From: an uncultured Rickettsiales bacterium
Lineage (GTDB): Bacteria > Pseudomonadota > Alphaproteobacteria > Rickettsiales > JABDBP01
Direction: 5' to 3'
Assembly: GCA_964450945.1 (NCBI GenBank)
Contig: CAYVHI010000001.1
Span: 1-63,904 of the forward strand
Length of the DNA: 63,904 bases
Each line of letters starts with the position of its first letter. The stretch's first letter is position 1. The notes beneath the pieces were generated by a model. That model made no database searches. It saw only the letters and a list, made by a program, of their open reading frames with translations, and had not been told where the DNA came from. The position numbers and the translations under genes are program-made. Of the stretch, positions 58,001 through 63,904 are shown piece after piece.

Positions 58001-58210
58001 TTAGAACTGAAGGAAGATGAGCTGTTCTCCACGACAGACTGCTTCCTCCATGGAAGCGTAGATTGCGATCGTGTCGAGGAGCTTGGCCTTATAAGTCTCG
58101 TTCTTCTTCAGCTGGACGATGTTCCCGTTCACGAAGAGAACAATATCCTTCGCCGCTCCCACCTCGTAGTCCGAGATGGTGAAGTGAGGCGTCATCAGAA
58201 ACCCGAGCAT
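58001..58210 (-). CDS. Cassette ORF, hypothetical (69 aa)
   Basis: agaggatttaccATG; GC-rich codons; terminator gaaaaccccc..gggggttttc. Confidence 0.6.
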   Translation of the reverse strand: MLGFLMTPHFTISDYEVGAAKDIVLFVNGNIVQLKKNETYKAKLLDTIAIYASMEEAVCRGEQLIFLQF

Positions 58211-58329
58211 GGTAAATCCTCTACAGTTGGTAACAGTAAGCCCAACTGTTATTGGAAAGCCACTTGCTTGCGGAACAATTCCGCTGCATTAGTGGATAAG
58301 GCACGAACTTTGGTGTTGGGATTTATATT

Positions 58330-58472
58330 TGAAAAAGTAAGGCTACAGCTTTCGCCAGTTTATCTTACCTGAATATCATGCCCACAGGTGGGTTGATATT
58401 TAATGAACCGCTTTATATTCAAGAAATATCCGTGTGGATAATCCTTAAGCCTGAACATAAGCAATTTGAATG
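58330..58472 (-). ncRNA. Motif B copy 4
   Basis: Near-identical to 49257..49400; promoter box at 58505..58520; motif D at 58260..58302. Confidence 0.7.
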
Positions 58473-58533
58473 AACCAATTATAGCAAAAGAACAATACTT
58501 TTGTGTTACAGTTTTATGAAATATGTGGGGTTA

Positions 58534-59019
58534 CTATTCCTGTATAATCTCTATACAGTTAGATCCTGGGGCATCACAGTTTATATCATCTTGAACTGCC
58601 GGAGCAGAAGGCACAGCGGCCGGAGCGCTTGCTGTTGTATTGACCTCCGCAGCACTAGGGGCCGGAGCGGTATTTCTGGTGTTAACCACAGCCTGACCTT
58701 TGAATGTAGGTACATTTTGTTGGTTTGAAGAGCCGTTTTGCAGTAAAGATGGGTTACCGGCAACCCCTCTACCAAGCAATCCTTCTGCCTTGCTGTTAAC
58801 GTAGACAGCTTTTGTATTTTTTGATTGTGAGTTTAGCCTATTAAAGAATTCCGGGTCTTTATAACCTGTGATTACGCCGCCACTTGCATATGGGTTCTGA
58901 ACAGGAACATCAACACCTGCATCTGGTGTGGGCCCAGAAGGGATTGAAAGCTCCGCTCTGGCTCCGCCAGATATCAAGAAGCAGGTAATACCCAAAATAT
59001 AGCAAATTTTCTTAATCAT
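58534..59019 (-). CDS. Secreted hypothetical protein
   Basis: MIKKICYILGITCFLISGGARA signal peptide; low-complexity APA tract; C-terminal Cys pair. Confidence 0.7.
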   Translation of the reverse strand: MIKKICYILGITCFLISGGARAELSIPSGPTPDAGVDVPVQNPYASGGVITGYKDPEFFNRLNSQSKNTKAVYVNSKAEGLLGRGVAGNPSLLQNGSSNQQNVPTFKGQAVVNTRNTAPAPSAAEVNTTASAPAAVPSAPAVQDDINCDAPGSNCIEIIQE

Positions 59020-59257
59020 TTTTCCTCACTCTTATATCATTCTAACACATATTTATTAATGTAAGATTAATTTTTTGTTTCATTTTATTTCGCCCAACAT
59101 ATTGATATTGTTATATAATTCTCTTCGATAACTAGCGTTAACAATGGTTAAACTAGTTCAAATTTTAGCTATCTGATAAAAAATAGTATGGATTATGTAA
59201 TCAAAAATTCACACTTTCTGGGATATAAATCTTTATAATTAGCCCTGTTCTACTGTC

Positions 59258-59375
59258 TTTTCAGGAAGATTAGTTATGGTGCCAGAAATGGTACTGAAAA
59301 AATACTCAAAAGCACTTTAGTGCTTGAAGCCGGCCCCTTTGCCGTCTTTATGAGTTAACTAATCTTCCTAAAAAG
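59258..59375 (+). ncRNA. Structured 5' leader of the thiC-proximal cassette
   Basis: Perfect 14-bp stem aggaagattagtta / taactaatcttcct; inner gtgcca-gaaa-tggtac, actca/tgagt and aagcac/gtgctt stems. Confidence 0.6.
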
Positions 59376-59399
59376 CTAGTAGGATGGAGGATTCCAGCC

Positions 59400-59540
59400 A
59401 TGTTCGACCCGCTCGGTTTCGCCAAAAAGTCGTGGACGGAGATCGGCATCACGCTCGGCGCGGTTATCATCGGCGTGACGGTGGCCGTCTACATCGCGTT
59501 CCCGGTGATCAAGATGTTCATCGAAAACATGAAGCCGTAA
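59400..59540 (+). CDS. Cassette ORF, 46 aa single-TM peptide
   Basis: ggaggattccagccATG; MFDPLGFAKKSWTEIGITLGAVIIGVTVAVYIAFPVIKMFIENMKP; GC-rich codons; terminator cagacccc..ggggtctg. Not in the ORF track (under 60 aa). Confidence 0.65.
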   Translation: MFDPLGFAKKSWTEIGITLGAVIIGVTVAVYIAFPVIKMFIENMKP

Positions 59541-59684
59541 CGCCAAACCGGCGTTACACGGAGCAGACCCCCCGAGTGGGGTCTGTTTCATTTTAAACGC
59601 CTTGTAGTCGACATATTAATAAGAAGAAAAGAAACCTGTGGTTTACTAATTTATCTAATCTGCTAAAACAATTCCATTCCCTAA

Positions 59685-61622
<1,938 letters not shown>

Positions 61623-61625
61623 ATA

Positions 61626-62246
61626 ATGAATCTATTGCTTATTAAAGAAATAGCTATACCTGTTTTTTGTACGGCACTTGGTGCGCTTTTAAACAGATAC
61701 TTAGAGCTTAAACCAAAACTAATTGTCTACTATAGCCATATATCACATTTCAATATGGATATAAAATCAACCAAACAAATTGTTAATACTCATACAATTG
61801 TTGTAAAAAATATAGGAAAGAAAACTGCTAATAATGTTCGTATTGCTCACAACATTCTTCCTCCTGATTTTAGTGTATCTCCAGCAAATTATAGTGTTAT
61901 AGATTTGCCAAATGGGGGTAAGGAAATTTTAATTCCTAAAATCGTACCTTATGAAGAATATACTATTTCATATTTATACCTCCCTCCATTAATGTTTAAT
62001 CAAATTAACGGAGTTGTAAAATCTGACGAAGGTTTGGCAAAAGGGATTTCTATTCTTCCTGTGCCGCAACCTCCAAAATGGAAATTAAATTTATTAAGAT
62101 TTTTAGTTTTAATGGGTTTTATTTTTACTCTCTATATTATTATAGAATTGGGAAAAATATTACCCATCCCTAATATTACAGAGCAGATGCGAGGAGTATA
62201 CGGAGCGGAGCGCACGAGTGTACTTGATGGGTACATGAGGGCGTGA
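61626..62246 (+). CDS. Hypothetical membrane protein
   Basis: N- and C-terminal TM segments around a beta-rich core; the last ~23 codons come from a repeat. Confidence 0.7.
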   Translation: MNLLLIKEIAIPVFCTALGALLNRYLELKPKLIVYYSHISHFNMDIKSTKQIVNTHTIVVKNIGKKTANNVRIAHNILPPDFSVSPANYSVIDLPNGGKEILIPKIVPYEEYTISYLYLPPLMFNQINGVVKSDEGLAKGISILPVPQPPKWKLNLLRFLVLMGFIFTLYIIIELGKILPIPNITEQMRGVYGAERTSVLDGYMRA

Positions 62247-62276
62247 GCACTGGAGCGACGATGCAGATTCCTGTAA
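62176..62276. repeat. RPE-like palindromic element, family 1 (degenerate)
   Basis: Core gagtgtacttgatgggtacatgag..gtgagcac; arms ttacag / ctgtaa. Confidence 0.55.
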
Positions 62277-62384
62277 GATTAAAACTCCCCCCCTCCTTTA
62301 AAAAAGAAAACCGCCGGACGGGGCGGCGGTTTCTTGTCGAGGTTAATTTTACCAGCTAGGCTCGCTGGTCCTTTTTCGGCTTAA

Positions 62385-62519
62385 TCAGCCGAAAAAACGG
62401 TAGATTTCTTCAGCTTTCGCAGGGAGTGGAACCGGGAACTTTGCCTTTCGCCGAAGTTTCGGCGGCGGGCAGTTTTCCGGTGACACCCACGGCGTTCTTA
62501 GGCCCATTTTCTTGGCCAT
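62385..62519 (-). CDS. Cassette ORF, 44 aa basic Pro-rich peptide
   Basis: gaaaggaggatagctacaATG; MAKKMGLRTPWVSPENCPPPKLRRKAKFPVPLPAKAEEIYRFFG; promoter box 62635..62650; terminator aaaccgccg..cggcggttt. Confidence 0.5.
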   Translation of the reverse strand: MAKKMGLRTPWVSPENCPPPKLRRKAKFPVPLPAKAEEIYRFFG

Positions 62520-62717
62520 TGTAGCTATCCTCCTTTCTTGGGCGATATGCTTAAGACTTTTTAGGGCCCGTCACCCTAAAAAGTCGAAAGTCCAAACTGA
62601 ACTTAACTGAACGTTTCAGTTATACACCTAAATTGTTAAAATTTTATGAATGGAGAATTTTTTTTGACTTTAAACGGTTCGGGGCCCCACTCCTTTAGAG
62701 AGGGGGCCCCGATGTTT

Positions 62718-62972
62718 TTATACTGGTTGTTTATCCTCTGGCCAGTATGCCAGGTAGCCTCGGCTTCGTTTGGTCATCACCATGACGCAGGTGATGATTT
62801 TCTCAGAATTCCCGCCTGTCGCTTCAATCACGTCGTCGAATCCCTCGCAGGTTCCGTCATCATATTGGATGATGACATCGATTCCTGTGATTGTCAGATC
62901 AAGCAACTTGACACTGGCTTCGTGCTTGTCACTGCTGACGTTGATTGCGACGCTCTTGGTAGCCTTCGTCAT
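62718..62972 (-). CDS. Cassette ORF, small beta-rich family 1
   Basis: aggaggtgtgtgATG; ends IITCVMVM...YLAYWPED; terminator cggggcccc..ggggccccg. Confidence 0.7.
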   Translation of the reverse strand: MTKATKSVAINVSSDKHEASVKLLDLTITGIDVIIQYDDGTCEGFDDVIEATGGNSEKIITCVMVMTKRSRGYLAYWPEDKQPV

Positions 62973-63136
62973 CACACACCTCCTTCTTGATCATGAGTTT
63001 CAGATCAGTGTGGTTCTAACTTGCTACGGGCACTTTGGCCTACTAAGCAAGTAATTTATGAAGAACCAAACTTCTGTTCTGTAACCCAGTGGGTAGTGTG
63101 AACCCAGAATTATATAGGAAATATACTGGTTTTAGT

Positions 63137-63152
63137 GTTAAAGATTTATTAA
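63137..63152. promoter_or_regulatory. CtrA-type box shared by divergent genes
   Basis: Minus strand ttaataaatctttaac, with tataat 22 nt downstream, then ctgggttcacactacccactgggttacagaac (motif A). Confidence 0.6.
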
Positions 63153-63162
63153 ACTATTCCTT

Positions 63163-63768
63163 ATGTTAAAGAAAATTACCTTTGTTTTTCTTGTTTTTTT
63201 TATAGCCACATCCTGTGCGCAGGAACATCCGTTTTCGGTCAAGTGGCCGGGCCAGAAAGATGCCAATATGGAATACTCAATGGTTTTCGGCCGGCTCAAT
63301 ATTAACCCGCCGGAAGATTGTGAGATCCACCTTTCATTATTCCCTGATGTAACAACCAACCAGCAGACTGCGGATGAGCATGGAAGAAAATCGGTGAACC
63401 TGGAGCGCGGCACCCCCAACTACCGCGATATAAAAAGCGGGCTGGCGCACCCGGGCAGGTATTATGTTTTCCTTTTCTGCGATGACAGGAAATTCTATGA
63501 ACCTATACGCCCGGTGACTGTTACACCTTTAAGGCTTTTCCTTGATATCCCGAGTACGGGGGTAGAAATCTATATGGGAGACATAGCCTTGAATATAGAT
63601 ACTCCTTATGAAAAGAAATGGTTCGGGCTGGTGAAAAATCCGGTGGGGCCATCCACCACTACAGTTACCGTATCTGATAATTTTCAGGTCACTTATAAGG
63701 ATTACCGCGATGTATATAGGGAACCCCCCGGCCAAATACCGGTAAAAAGTATAGTTAGGAGATATTAG
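63163..63768 (+). CDS. Putative lipoprotein
   Basis: MLKKITFVFLVFFIATSC lipobox-like signal. Confidence 0.7.
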   Translation: MLKKITFVFLVFFIATSCAQEHPFSVKWPGQKDANMEYSMVFGRLNINPPEDCEIHLSLFPDVTTNQQTADEHGRKSVNLERGTPNYRDIKSGLAHPGRYYVFLFCDDRKFYEPIRPVTVTPLRLFLDIPSTGVEIYMGDIALNIDTPYEKKWFGLVKNPVGPSTTTVTVSDNFQVTYKDYRDVYREPPGQIPVKSIVRRY

Positions 63769-63771
63769 TTA

Positions 63772-63904
63772 CGTGGGAGTGGTTGGGCGAAGCCCAGAGC
63801 GACCCGGAAAATTATAAAACTTCGTGGGAGTGGTTGGGCGAAGCCCAGAGCGACCCGGAAAATTATAAAACTTCGTGGGAGTGGTTGGGCGAAGCCCAGA
63901 GCGA
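63772..63904 (+). repeat. 51-bp tandem repeat (two full copies plus a partial third), truncated at the window end
   Basis: cgtgggagtggttgggcgaagcccagagcgacccggaaaattataaaactt at 63772, 63823 and 63874. Confidence 0.92.

Noticed and set aside
54520-58525. Prophage remnant
   Set aside because: No structural, replication, lysis or integrase genes recognised; each gene or short run has its own promoter and terminator.
59136-59153. CtrA box for the 59400 cassette (gttaacaatggttaaac)
   Set aside because: Spacer is 6 nt rather than 7, so it was not counted.
63772-63904. CRISPR array
   Set aside because: Units are fully identical with no variable spacers, and there are no cas genes in the window.

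Overview
About 64 kb of chromosome from an AT-leaning alphaproteobacterium. This is inferred from the dusB/ispDF/pgpA/cinA and bolA/grxD synteny, CtrA-type TTAA-N7-TTAAC boxes and Rickettsia-RPE-like palindromes. The backbone is housekeeping: pdhABC, psd-pssA, thrS-infC, serC/serA, hflX, purA, phaZ, uvrD, ffh, fieF, nadD-rsfS-rlmH, ubiD and thiC. The striking feature is about 20 small self-contained gene cassettes in clusters at 16.6-19.7, 22.0-22.4, 44.4-44.9, 49.2-50.5, 54.5-58.5, 59.2-59.6 and 62.3-63.2 kb. Two clusters sit between normally adjacent genes (serC|serA, bolA|grxD). Cassettes typically combine a CtrA-like box plus TATAAT, a repeated and strongly structured 5' leader RNA (one family shows compensatory base changes), a strong AGGAGGT RBS, a 44-150 aa ORF (often with foreign GC-rich codon usage and from two divergent beta-rich paralog families), and a nested terminator. 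No integrase, transposase or reverse transcriptase is present in the window. Other notable items: an XRE-HTH domain fused in frame to PdhA; three secreted SIMPL-like paralogs inside the pdh operon; and two families of short palindromic repeats, one inserted in frame in ubiD and thiC. All calls come from reading the sequence; no database searches or folding programs were run.
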